Shown in pieces: positions 10,008 to 19,152 of a stretch of DNA of 42,334 nt (positions are counted from its first letter, which is position 1; each line of letters opens with the position of its first letter). The stretch is from a bacterium (GTDB taxonomy: Bacteria; Cyanobacteriota; Vampirovibrionia; Gastranaerophilales; JBAXKC01): assembly GCA_037137535.1 (NCBI GenBank), contig JBAXKC010000025.1:1-42334 (forward strand), in the 5' to 3' direction. Position numbers and translations under genes: made by a program. A model generated the notes under the pieces. It was not told the DNA's origin and searched no databases. It saw nothing but the letters and a program-made list of their open reading frames with translations.

Positions 10008-11042
10008 TTATACTGCTATTTCAAAAGTTTTTTCATTTAATTTGTCAAGGTTTGACTCTATTTCCTCAATTGAAGTGGTTGCACAGCCAAAATGCTTAAC
10101 AACAATACTGGCAGCCAAGTTTCCAAGGATTGAACAATCAGAATATTCAGCCCCTGCACACAATCCAAGAGTGAAAGTACCGACAACTGTATCTCCTGCA
10201 CCTGTTACATCGAATACTTCTGTTTTATTAAATACAGGAATTTCAGAAATTTTTCCTGTTTTTTCAAACAGAACCATTCCTTCACTACCTCTTGTTATAA
10301 GAATCATTTCGGCATTCGTTCTGTCTAAAAGCTCTTGACCACCTCTCATAAGAGTTTCTCTGTCTTTAAGCTCATAACCGAGAGTTCTCTCAGCCTCAGG
10401 CTGATTTGGAGTAATAACCGTAGCATCTTGAAATCTTGTAAGCTCTGTTTGAGCATCTACAGCTAAAATCAAACCGTTTTGTTTTGCAATTTTTGTAGAT
10501 TCTTTAATGACATCGGGTGTCATCATGCCTATTCCGTAATCAGAAAGAAGCATTGCATCAAAATTTGCGGCATTTTTTCTAATATTATCAATAACTTTAG
10601 CTTCAATATCGCTGTTTATAAACTCATTCACTTCTCTATCAAGTCTTACTATCTGTTGAGTCACCGACTGAGTGGAAGAGCCTGAAATTCTTGTTTTTAC
10701 AGTAGTAACTCTATCTTTATCAATAACCATAGAGGAAGTATCAATACCTGCTTCATTTAAAGCATTCAACAACACAGGTCCGTAATGATCTTCGCCATAT
10801 ACGCCTATTGTGCTAACCTGCCCGTTATTTAGTCTTGCTATGTTATGAGCAGCATTAGAAGCTCCTCCTAAGATAATCTTTGTATAACTGTGTTTTAATA
10901 TAAGAACAGGTGCTTCTCTTGAAATACGATGAGTCTGACCATAAATCATCTCATCTATGGCAAAATCACCTATTACGAGTACACGTCCTTTTGATAAATT
11001 TTGTATAATTGATTTTAGTTTTGTTTTATTTAAACTAAACAC
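10008..11042 (-). CDS. rfaE: D-glycero-beta-D-manno-heptose-7-phosphate kinase (RfaE domain I/HldA, PfkB family)
   Basis: RISREAPV, GGASN, SDYG, TPNQPEA, DVTGAGDT. Confidence 0.9.
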   Translation of the reverse strand: MFSLNKTKLKSIIQNLSKGRVLVIGDFAIDEMIYGQTHRISREAPVLILKHSYTKIILGGASNAAHNIARLNNGQVSTIGVYGEDHYGPVLLNALNEAGIDTSSMVIDKDRVTTVKTRISGSSTQSVTQQIVRLDREVNEFINSDIEAKVIDNIRKNAANFDAMLLSDYGIGMMTPDVIKESTKIAKQNGLILAVDAQTELTRFQDATVITPNQPEAERTLGYELKDRETLMRGGQELLDRTNAEMILITRGSEGMVLFEKTGKISEIPVFNKTEVFDVTGAGDTVVGTFTLGLCAGAEYSDCSILGNLAASIVVKHFGCATTSIEEIESNLDKLNEKTFEIAV

Positions 11043-11158
11043 TATCGCACCCCTAAACTTATTCCAGATAAATTGATTATACTTTTAAAAATTTTTCATG
11101 TACATATTTTATAATAAATTTTACTCAAGATGGTCAAACTTTATGAAGGTTAAATAAA

Positions 11159-11521
11159 TTGGACAAAATTCCCGAAATAGAAAACGAAGAAATAAACGAG
11201 AAACCCAAGTCTAAAAAATTTGTGTTCATGATTTACTCTGACAATATTGCCCCCATTGAAAGTTTAACTTATGACGAGAAAAATATACTTGTAAACGAAT
11301 TGCTTACAGATTATTTTAAAGAAAAAAACATAAGCACTCTTAGCCGTTTAAAACTTGAAAATGCACAAAATCAACTAAAAAAAGTAATTTTAACCATTAT
11401 CGCAATTCCCTTAATATTTGCACTTATCAGTGGCTCTATTTATTTAACCAAAAAGAGTTACATTGATATGCAGCGTAAGTTTGAAAAATTATTTGACAGT
11501 CATGAAATACCTTACAAATAA
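11159..11521 (+). CDS. Hypothetical single-pass membrane protein
   Basis: 120-aa ORF with TTG start and one hydrophobic helix (VILTIIAIPLIFALISGSIYL). Confidence 0.65.
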   Translation: MDKIPEIENEEINEKPKSKKFVFMIYSDNIAPIESLTYDEKNILVNELLTDYFKEKNISTLSRLKLENAQNQLKKVILTIIAIPLIFALISGSIYLTKKSYIDMQRKFEKLFDSHEIPYK

Positions 11522-11580
11522 GTTTATTCATATTATTGAACATTTTTACTTATTTCTTCAAATAAATTTATTATATTGAA

Positions 11581-12693
11581 TCAATGAAAACCTAAAAATT
11601 CTTTTACTTTTTTTACTTCATCGCCAACAGCCTTGGCAATTCCCGACTTTAAACCGTCTATACCACCCTTGGTAATATTAGGAAAAATTTGTTCTTTCTT
11701 TTTATCTATAAAATCCATTGTGGATTTAAAAGATTGTTCTGATACTGCTTCTAAAGCTTTATAAATATTAGGCTTTGCATAAAAAGCCTCCGAGCCATCA
11801 TCCATAGCTTTTTTAATACTTCCATTTTTCAAACCTTTAAGCAACTTTGAATGAAGTTCGGGTAAAAATTTATTAAATTTCTCTAAGGCAAACTCTTTAA
11901 CAAAAGGTATTTTCCCGATAGTTTCACTGATTATACTTTTTACAGCACCCTCAATTCCTTTTATAACAATCTTACTAAGCTCTTCGGGCGGCATTTTAAA
12001 TAAAGTATCAAAAACAACAGAATTAATATCTGAATTACTAAAACTTTTTACGCTAGACATTTCCATAGTGCCATTACGCATTTTGACAATCATTTCAGGA
12101 TTTGTTAATTTATTAATATCTTCAGGAGACAGCTTGTTTTTTATCTTTACGCAAAGCTCATCAATTATTGAATCGAATAGCTTTTTAACTTCTTTATCTT
12201 CAATATGGTTTCCAATATTTAAAAAAGCGCTGACTAATGATTTTTCAACAACACGAACGCTAACCATTTTATCAACAAAAAAGTCTGTAATCCCTTTTAT
12301 TAAAGGCTTGAAAAATTTAGTAACAGGATTATCCGCAATTGCTTTTGAAATTGTTGTTTTTATTCCATCACGAACATCATCGGTAATTATATTGAGTAAT
12401 CCGCCTTTTTTAATTCCTTCGTGCATTCCTTTTAAAGATTCTGCCATAAATTCTTTAGACATAGGAGCCGTTAATTTTTTAAATCCGTTTTTAATTGCAC
12501 CTTCAATTGTTTCTAATACAACTACTGCCTTTGTATCAATAACTGCCTTATTAACACCTTCAAAAACATCTGTTAATAAATTACCTTTGGAATGGATAAT
12601 TTGTTCAGCCTGCTTTCCCGTAACTTGCGATACAGTCCTTGCACTCTTAACAACAGAAGAAAACGAAGGCATAGAAATTTGCATATAATTCAA
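11581..12693 (-). CDS. Hypothetical helical Lys-rich protein (start possibly ATG 12684)
   Basis: 370-aa ORF with no recognisable motif; leader MQISMPSFSS. Confidence 0.7.
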   Translation of the reverse strand: MNYMQISMPSFSSVVKSARTVSQVTGKQAEQIIHSKGNLLTDVFEGVNKAVIDTKAVVVLETIEGAIKNGFKKLTAPMSKEFMAESLKGMHEGIKKGGLLNIITDDVRDGIKTTISKAIADNPVTKFFKPLIKGITDFFVDKMVSVRVVEKSLVSAFLNIGNHIEDKEVKKLFDSIIDELCVKIKNKLSPEDINKLTNPEMIVKMRNGTMEMSSVKSFSNSDINSVVFDTLFKMPPEELSKIVIKGIEGAVKSIISETIGKIPFVKEFALEKFNKFLPELHSKLLKGLKNGSIKKAMDDGSEAFYAKPNIYKALEAVSEQSFKSTMDFIDKKKEQIFPNITKGGIDGLKSGIAKAVGDEVKKVKEFLGFH

Positions 12694-12894
12694 ACTTTCA
12701 TTTTTTGTAAAGATTACTTAATTTAATTAAAAGACTTAGAAACTTTTATTTATTTAAAAAATTATTTTTATAATTCTAAAAACTTCAATAAAATCAAGGC
12801 TCTATCTTTATAAACGTTAAAACCATAAAAAAATTGATAGTAAATTAATCACATGAATACTGGTAATTTTAAGAAACATATGCAAGAATAAAAT

Positions 12895-13071
12895 TACTCC
12901 ATCGAGTCGTCAAGTTTTGATCCTTCAATACACTTAAGAGGGAGTCCCACGCTAAATATAATGACGTAAACTTAACAAAGCGAAAGCGGGTATTAAGAAA
13001 CGAATAATTATATGGGAGGACACCCACCTGCTGAGAAACCGCAGGTATCAAAACTCCGATTTGATGGAGTA
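12895..13071 (+). ncRNA. ssrS: 6S RNA
   Basis: 177-nt long hairpin: ends pair (TACTCCATCGAGTCG / CGATTTGATGGAGTA) and GTTTTGAT pairs with ATCAAAAC. Contains the typical GGGAG and GGACACCCACCTGCTGAG...GCAGGT..CAAAAC elements. Confidence 0.85.
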
Positions 13072-13112
13072 TTTTTATTGAAATTTCATCTTTTTCGGTT
13101 ATCTTATTATTT

Positions 13113-13598
13113 ATGGATAATTTAGAATTTTTAGCAAAAAATATTAACGATACTGAATCTGTAGCAAAAGCTATTGCACAAGCAACGAAAGATTCAGGCG
13201 GTTTAATATGTCTTTTTGGCGATGTCGGTGCAGGAAAAACCACTCTAGTAAAATTTATAGCCAAATATTTAAACATAAAAGAAACCGTAACCAGCCCGAG
13301 CTTTGTAATATTAAACGAATATCATTCAGGCGATTTAAGCCTTTATCATTTCGATCTATACAGACTTGAAACTGAAGGCGTAAAAACAATTTTAGACGAA
13401 CTAAGAGAATACTCCGAAAGCCCTAATTCTCTTGCAATAGTTGAATGGGCAGAATTTTCAGATGATGAACTTCCACCGCAAAGATTAGAAATACACATAA
13501 GTTATCTTGACGAAAATTCCAGAAAATTCAATTTTTCTGCAAAAGGAACTAAAAGTTTGACATCATTAAATAAAATAGAAACAGAATTAAAATTATGA
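13113..13598 (+). CDS. tsaE: tRNA t6A biosynthesis ATPase
   Basis: GDVGAGKTT, VTSPSF, HFDLYRL, VEWA. Confidence 0.96.
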   Translation: MDNLEFLAKNINDTESVAKAIAQATKDSGGLICLFGDVGAGKTTLVKFIAKYLNIKETVTSPSFVILNEYHSGDLSLYHFDLYRLETEGVKTILDELREYSESPNSLAIVEWAEFSDDELPPQRLEIHISYLDENSRKFNFSAKGTKSLTSLNKIETELKL

Positions 13599-14272
13599 AA
13601 ATATTAAGCATTGATACTTCGGCAAACACAACTTATATTTGTTTAAGCGAGAATGAAAACATTCTTGAAAGTGTTATTATGGAAAGCCTTAAAAATAATT
13701 ATTCAACGGCAAAGCTTGTTCCGTCAATTTTAAAAGTATTAAAAAACAACAATTTAACAGCTCAAGACCTGAATGCAATAGCAGTTAATATAGGTCCGGG
13801 CAGTTTTACAGGAATAAGAGTCGGTATAACGGTAGCAAGAACAATGGGACAAGCTCTTAATATTCCCGTTATCGGTCTTCCTTCTTTAAAAATATTATCA
13901 ACTCTGAATAAAACCGATAAAAAAGCCCTTATCTTACTTGACGCAAGAAAAGGAAAAACCTATCGAGGAGTTTACACTCAAGAAAATCATACCGAACTGT
14001 GTCCCGAAGCTATTGAATACGAACAGGGAATTAATCTTGCAAAAGAAAATGATTACTTTGTAATAACAGACAAAACAATGAAATCAATGTTTTCAGAGCT
14101 AAATACAGAAGCCGTTGATATCTCAGAAATAAAGCATGATTTTGGTATAGAATTATCAAAACTTGCTTTAATCCATTTAAAAAGCAAGCCCCATGAGGAG
14201 CTTGCCTGGTTCAAACTAAAACCTTTATACATTCAGCCACCGCCTATTTCTATGCCGAAAAAAGCAGTTTAA
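13595..14272 (+). CDS. tsaB: tRNA t6A biosynthesis protein
   Basis: ILSIDTS, GPGSFTGIRVG, DARKG, PLY. Confidence 0.95.
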   Translation: MKILSIDTSANTTYICLSENENILESVIMESLKNNYSTAKLVPSILKVLKNNNLTAQDLNAIAVNIGPGSFTGIRVGITVARTMGQALNIPVIGLPSLKILSTLNKTDKKALILLDARKGKTYRGVYTQENHTELCPEAIEYEQGINLAKENDYFVITDKTMKSMFSELNTEAVDISEIKHDFGIELSKLALIHLKSKPHEELAWFKLKPLYIQPPPISMPKKAV

Positions 14273-15327
14273 TGACAATACATCTTTACTAAAACAAAAG
14301 CAAAATATATCAAATAAAATAACCCACCCATAATTAGAGCATTAGGCTTTAATATGCCTTTATTTTTAACTATATTCAGATATACAACTATGACTGACAA
14401 GTAAACAACAATTACATTTACTACAGCATATTCGTTAAGCACCCAAGGAGTAAGGATTATACCTAAAGCAGTAGGAATACAGCTTTGAAATACCATTGCA
14501 CCCGTAATATTACCCAATGCAAGAGTATCTTTTTTTGATCTGATCCATAAAATACTGTTTAACTTTTCAGGCAATTCAGTAGCAATAGGGGTAAGTATAA
14601 GACTTAAAATTAACGGCGGAATTTTCATAATTTCAGCTAAATTTGTTAAATGTCCGACAAAAACATGAGCCAAGACAATAAGACCAATCAAGGAAAAGAT
14701 CAATTGAACAATAATTGCAGGCATTTCAAGCGCAGGTGAAGTTTTAATATATTTTGTAAAATAAAGTGCGGCTAATTCTTCTTCTCCGCCCTCTGACTCG
14801 GTGATTGCTTTTTTCAAGGTTTTAAATACATACAGACCATACATAAATAAAAGAGCAACAGCTACAAAGATTTTCAACTTATGAGAAGGGAGAAAAGAAG
14901 CACCTACGGCTAAAATAAAAGAAAATGCAAAATAATGCAGATCTCTGAACATTACAACTGTATCAACAGGCATATCCAAAGTACGTCTGCCTTTTTTAGC
15001 GTAAATATAAACAGCAGCACCAGTAACAAAGAAAGCTAATGTTCCAAGCATAAATGGAGCACCTAATATAGCGCCTATACCTATGTCATTACTTTTTTGA
15101 AGATCAGCTCCTGCAAAATAAGCACCTAAAATAGCAACAACAGGAACAATTGTTTCAGGTAAAGCCGTTCCTACCGCAGCAAGGACACTACCCACAGCTC
15201 CTTCAGAAAGATTTAACTTTTCACCTAAATGCTCAATCGCATTAGTAAAAATAACGCAAATTACGACAATAAACGCTAAGACTAAAGTTAAATCAAATAA
15301 TTGAATAAATACGTCCAATACTATCAC
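14269..15327 (-). CDS. Sodium:calcium antiporter (CaCA family)
   Basis: Alpha repeats AVGTALPE and PIATELPE; GAILGAP and GNITGA. Confidence 0.9.
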   Translation of the reverse strand: MIVLDVFIQLFDLTLVLAFIVVICVIFTNAIEHLGEKLNLSEGAVGSVLAAVGTALPETIVPVVAILGAYFAGADLQKSNDIGIGAILGAPFMLGTLAFFVTGAAVYIYAKKGRRTLDMPVDTVVMFRDLHYFAFSFILAVGASFLPSHKLKIFVAVALLFMYGLYVFKTLKKAITESEGGEEELAALYFTKYIKTSPALEMPAIIVQLIFSLIGLIVLAHVFVGHLTNLAEIMKIPPLILSLILTPIATELPEKLNSILWIRSKKDTLALGNITGAMVFQSCIPTALGIILTPWVLNEYAVVNVIVVYLSVIVVYLNIVKNKGILKPNALIMGGLFYLIYFAFVLVKMYCH

Positions 15328-15441
15328 CCTCCATATATATTATGATAAGATTTATACATTCTAACTTTATTAAGTTTACAAAAAAAATCAATTTGAATAA
15401 CAAAATAGTTTTAATTAAATAAAACGGGATAAAAATATCTA

Positions 15442-16416
15442 ATGGAAATAATAAAAAAAGTAATAAAATTAATAAATAGCTCTAAAAGTGTTGCTATTTT
15501 ATCTCATGTAAGTCCCGATGGAGATACTTTAGGCTCTATGCTAGCTCTTTATGAAGCTTTAAAAAATATTCCTTCAATTAAAAAACTTGATGCTGTAAAA
15601 GTAGGAAGAACTCCTGATATTTATAAGTATTTACCCTTTATAAACGAAACAAAAAGCCCATCAGATGACGCTCTTTATCAAAGCTATGATCTTGTTATTG
15701 CTATTGACTGCGGAGCTTTAGACAGATTATCAGAATCTTCGGAACTTTTCAAAAAGGCAAAAACTTCAATCAATATAGATCATCACATTAGCAATCCTAT
15801 GTTTGGAGATATTAATTGGATAGAACCAAAAGCAACGGCTACAGGAATTATTATCTATAAACTTTTAAAAGAAATGAATATTGAAATAACTCAAGACATA
15901 GCAATATGTTTATATACAGCAATTATGACCGATAGCGGAGGCTTTAAGTTTGAAAATATAAACCCTGAAGGTTTTAACATCTGTGCAAAACTTTTAGAGT
16001 ATGGAGCAAGACCCGATGTTATTTATAAACAATGCTATGAGTCTATTCCTCTTCCAATGGTAATGCTAAAAGCCAGAGCCATAAATGAGGCCATTTTCAC
16101 TAAAGACAATAAAATAGCATACAGCATAATAACAAGAAAAATGCTCGAAGAAGTAGGAGCAACAGATGACCATGTTGAAGGAATATCAGAAGAATTAAGG
16201 CAAATTGATTCAATTAAAGTTTCTATGGTCTTTAAAGAAACTCCTAAAGGCGACACAAAGGTAAGTTTTAGAAGTAATGGCCCCGATGTATGTGAAATTG
16301 CAAGATTTTTCGGTGGCGGTGGGCACAAACTTGCAGCAGGTTGCACAATACAGAAAAAACCTGACGATGCGGCAAATGAAATAATGCCGATAATTAAAAA
16401 ACAGATTAATAAATAA
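15442..16416 (+). CDS. nrnA: DHH family bifunctional oligoribonuclease/pAp phosphatase
   Basis: HVSPDGD, IDHH, TDSG, SFRS, GGGGH. Confidence 0.92.
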   Translation: MEIIKKVIKLINSSKSVAILSHVSPDGDTLGSMLALYEALKNIPSIKKLDAVKVGRTPDIYKYLPFINETKSPSDDALYQSYDLVIAIDCGALDRLSESSELFKKAKTSINIDHHISNPMFGDINWIEPKATATGIIIYKLLKEMNIEITQDIAICLYTAIMTDSGGFKFENINPEGFNICAKLLEYGARPDVIYKQCYESIPLPMVMLKARAINEAIFTKDNKIAYSIITRKMLEEVGATDDHVEGISEELRQIDSIKVSMVFKETPKGDTKVSFRSNGPDVCEIARFFGGGGHKLAAGCTIQKKPDDAANEIMPIIKKQINK

Positions 16417-16438
16417 AGCAACTTTTACTAATAACGCT

Positions 16439-16463
16439 AAAACCCTCATTAATTGAGGGTTTT
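16439..16463 (+). terminator. Intrinsic terminator after nrnA
   Basis: AAAACCCTCA-ttaat-TGAGGGTTTT hairpin. Confidence 0.75.
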
Positions 16464-16662
16464 CAACTATTCTAGCATTAAGTTTTTTTGAGCATTGTTA
16501 ATGCTACAAGACGAGCAGTATATATTTTTTATATATTTGTTAAGTCATGTTACAAAGTTATAAAACATGCAGCAATTTGCATAGCATTATTGTTTTTATA
16601 TATACAGAGGAAATATTGGAATTATAAAAAAAATTATTTTATATTATGGGGGTTATAACAAA

Positions 16663-16839
16663 ATGGCATTAAATTTTAATCCGATCAAAACAAAACCTGT
16701 TGACGTAACAGGAACAGTTGCAAACGTTCCGCCTGAAGTAACAGGCTCAGTTGCTTATTCCCCTTTATTTTCAACGTCATCGTCACCAATATCATCACCA
16801 AGTTCAAGCACGGGAGGTTCACTTAACATAATGTCATAA
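16663..16839 (+). CDS. 58-aa Ser-rich small protein with a duplicated [DE]VTG[TS]VA motif
   Basis: MALNFNPIKTKPVDVTGTVANVPPEVTGSVAYSPLFSTSSSPISSPSSSTGGSLNIMS; GGGGG RBS upstream; not in the ORF track. Confidence 0.7.
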   Translation: MALNFNPIKTKPVDVTGTVANVPPEVTGSVAYSPLFSTSSSPISSPSSSTGGSLNIMS

Positions 16840-16871
16840 GCTTGTTGTATTAAAAACGCAGGAGGGTAGGT

Positions 16872-17021
16872 ATGGCACAGGACAAAATGGTCAAAGGCTT
16901 TGTCTTAAGCTCACTAATGGTCATTATAACAGTCTTTACCAGTGTAATTTATCTAATAAATCAATATGATAACTATATTAAAGATGATCCGTCTAACATT
17001 ATCTCAGCATTTGAAGGTTAA
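16872..17021 (+). CDS. 49-aa single-pass membrane small protein
   Basis: MAQDKMVKGFVLSSLMVIITVFTSVIYLINQYDNYIKDDPSNIISAFEG; strong AGGAGG RBS; terminator follows directly. Confidence 0.7.
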   Translation: MAQDKMVKGFVLSSLMVIITVFTSVIYLINQYDNYIKDDPSNIISAFEG

Positions 17022-17029
17022 TAAAACAA

Positions 17030-17060
17030 TAAAAGCTCGTATACAAAATACGAGCTTTTA
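17030..17060 (+). terminator. Intrinsic terminator after the small-ORF pair
   Basis: TAAAAGCTCGTAT-acaaa-ATACGAGCTTTTA. Confidence 0.8.
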
Positions 17061-17095
17061 TCGCTTATATACTATTTATTTTATATTTAAAATTG

Positions 17096-17124
17096 TTGAC
17101 AAATCACCAAAACGTTTTTTTAAT
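17096..17124 (+). promoter_or_regulatory. Putative sigma70 promoter for the methyltransferase
   Basis: TTGACA-N17-TTTAAT upstream of the AAGGA RBS and ATG 17158. Confidence 0.5.
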
Positions 17125-17157
17125 TATACTTCATCTGATTTTGCAAAGGACTATATT

Positions 17158-17949
17158 ATGGACAAACATGTTTATTCAAAACAAAATAAGTTAATTTTAG
17201 AACAGTTTTCAAAAACGGCTGAATCCTTTATAAATATGCAGGAACATTCTAATGAAACTGCAATGAAACTCTTTATTGAACAGGTAGAATTAAATAAAGA
17301 AGATAATGTACTTGATGTTGCTTGTGGGCCTGGCATTGTGGGCTGTGCTTTTGCAGAAATAGCAAAAAAAATAACAGGAATTGATTTAACCCCTGATATG
17401 ATTACTAAAGCACAACAATTGCAATCCGATAAAGGTTTAAATAACATTTCTTGGGATATAGGAGATGTTTATAATCTTCCTTATAAAAATAATACCTTCA
17501 ATAAAGTAATTAGCAGATATGCGTTCCATCATTTTATTAATCCTGAATTAGTTTTAAATGAAATGATAAGAGTTTCTAAGGAAAATGGAATTATATGCGT
17601 AGCTGATGCAGCAACTTCTCCTGAAAAAAACAATGCCTATAATCAAGTCGAAAAGTTACGAGATCCTTCTCATACAAGAGCACTAACAATTTATGAATTA
17701 GAAAAGCTGTTTATTGATAAAGGTTTCTCAGATATAAAAATAGCATTTTATCGTCTTGAAATGGATTTAGAAGAAATTATTAGAAGTTCCATTATGGATG
17801 ATCAAAACATAGACAAAATAAAAACAATATTTCAAGAAAATTTAAAAGAAGATAAATTAGATATGAATGCATATTTAAAAGATGATAAAATACGTTTTTC
17901 ATTTCCCCTAATGATTATTTCAGGTAAAAAAATAAGCACTCCAGCTTAA
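17158..17949 (+). CDS. Class I SAM-dependent methyltransferase
   Basis: VLDVACGPG, GIDLT, SRYAFHHF, RDPSH. Start moved from 16966 to 17158 because of the RBS, promoter and upstream terminator. Confidence 0.9.
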   Translation: MDKHVYSKQNKLILEQFSKTAESFINMQEHSNETAMKLFIEQVELNKEDNVLDVACGPGIVGCAFAEIAKKITGIDLTPDMITKAQQLQSDKGLNNISWDIGDVYNLPYKNNTFNKVISRYAFHHFINPELVLNEMIRVSKENGIICVADAATSPEKNNAYNQVEKLRDPSHTRALTIYELEKLFIDKGFSDIKIAFYRLEMDLEEIIRSSIMDDQNIDKIKTIFQENLKEDKLDMNAYLKDDKIRFSFPLMIISGKKISTPA

Positions 17950-17967
17950 TGGAGTGCTTATTTTTTT
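17926..17967. terminator. Bidirectional terminator between the methyltransferase and pyrF
   Basis: AATAAGCACTCCA-gcttaa-TGGAGTGCTTATT flanked by A and T tracts. Confidence 0.75.
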
Positions 17968-17984
17968 AAAGAACAAATTTTTTA

Positions 17985-18731
17985 CTATAAACTCTTAACA
18001 GCCTCAGTTACTTCTTCAAGAACTTTTCTTGCCGCTTCTTTAGGATCAGTGGCATCAGTAATAGGTCTGCCTATCACAAGATAATCGGCACCCGCTTTTA
18101 TTGCATCAGTGGGAGTTACAACCCTTGTCTGATCATTTAATGATGACCATTGCGGACGAATTGCAGGACATACAATTACAAAATCTTCTCCACAATATTT
18201 TCTGACCTGTGAAACATCTGCAGCACTTGCTACAACACCATCAAGGCCTGATTCTTTTGCAAGAGCAGCAAGCTCTCCGACATATTCATGAATATTTTTT
18301 GTAATTTTTAACTCTTCTGTAATCATTTCTTGCCCAATGCTTGTTAATATTGTTACACCAAGAACAATCGGCTTTGGAAGATCATATTGTTTTGACGTTT
18401 CTTTAGCTGCTTTAATTGCGGAAGAAATCATTTTTGAACCGCCAAGAGTATGTACATTAAAGAAAGTTGCTCCATGCTTTACAATGTTTGTAGTGGCTTT
18501 TGCAACAGTATTAGGAATATCATGAAACTTTCCATCAAAAAATACCTGAGCGCCTTCATCATGGATAAATTTTACAATTTCAGGCCCGACTGCTGTAAAA
18601 AGCTGAAGACCGACTTTAAATATTCCGACATATTCTCTAAGATCAGACACAAGTTTTTTTGCTTCGTCAAGGGTATCAACGTCAAGCGCTAAAATTATTC
18701 TGTCTTTAGGTGTATTTTTTTCTAAAATCAT
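17985..18731 (-). CDS. pyrF: Orotidine-5'-phosphate decarboxylase
   Basis: ALD, FKVG, DGKFHDIPNT, PAIR, VIGRPI. Confidence 0.97.
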   Translation of the reverse strand: MILEKNTPKDRIILALDVDTLDEAKKLVSDLREYVGIFKVGLQLFTAVGPEIVKFIHDEGAQVFFDGKFHDIPNTVAKATTNIVKHGATFFNVHTLGGSKMISSAIKAAKETSKQYDLPKPIVLGVTILTSIGQEMITEELKITKNIHEYVGELAALAKESGLDGVVASAADVSQVRKYCGEDFVIVCPAIRPQWSSLNDQTRVVTPTDAIKAGADYLVIGRPITDATDPKEAARKVLEEVTEAVKSL

Positions 18732-18744
18732 AATTACCTCATAT

Positions 18745-19152
18745 TTATCCGGCTATTATTTTTATCCACACTTCTCTTGATCTAGGACCGTCAAACTCCG
18801 TAAAATAAATCCCTTGCCAAGTTCCAAGAGCTAATTTGCCTTCGCTGATTATTAAAGTCAATGAAGGCCCAAAAAGACTTGATTTAACGTGAGCATCGGA
18901 ATTTCCTTCAGCATGCCTGAATTCCGGATAATCAGGAGATATTTTATTCATGCTGTAAATGATATCAGTTTTTACGGAAGGGTCAAAAGCCTCGTTAATT
19001 GTAATCCCTGCTGTTGTATGAGGACAAAATATTACACATATTCCCTCTTTTATATTTTTTGACTCAATAAATGTTTTAAGTTCTGATGTAATTTCAATTA
19101 ACTCATTTTTCTTTTTACTTTTAATATTTATTTTTTCCATCATAAGCTCCAT
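18745..19152 (-). CDS. yjbQ: YjbQ/UPF0047 family protein (start may be 19143 or 19140)
   Basis: HTTAGITINE, HAEGNSDAHVK, LGTWQGIYF.EFDGPR. Confidence 0.92.
   Translation of the reverse strand: MELMMEKINIKSKKKNELIEITSELKTFIESKNIKEGICVIFCPHTTAGITINEAFDPSVKTDIIYSMNKISPDYPEFRHAEGNSDAHVKSSLFGPSLTLIISEGKLALGTWQGIYFTEFDGPRSREVWIKIIAG

Noticed and set aside
12068-12688. 206-aa plus-strand ORF
   Set aside because: Antisense shadow of the 370-aa gene with typical shadow composition; the same applies to the other short nested ORFs in the track.
12869-13276. 135-aa minus-strand ORF
   Set aside because: Antisense to the 6S RNA and tsaE, with no recognisable features.
16473-16506. 9-bp inverted repeat TAGCATTAA / TTAATGCTA
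   Set aside because: Short and AT-rich; function cannot be supported and it could be chance.
16966-17157. N-terminal 64-aa extension of the methyltransferase in the ORF track
   Set aside because: It overlaps the 49-aa ORF, a terminator and a promoter; ATG 17158 has its own RBS.
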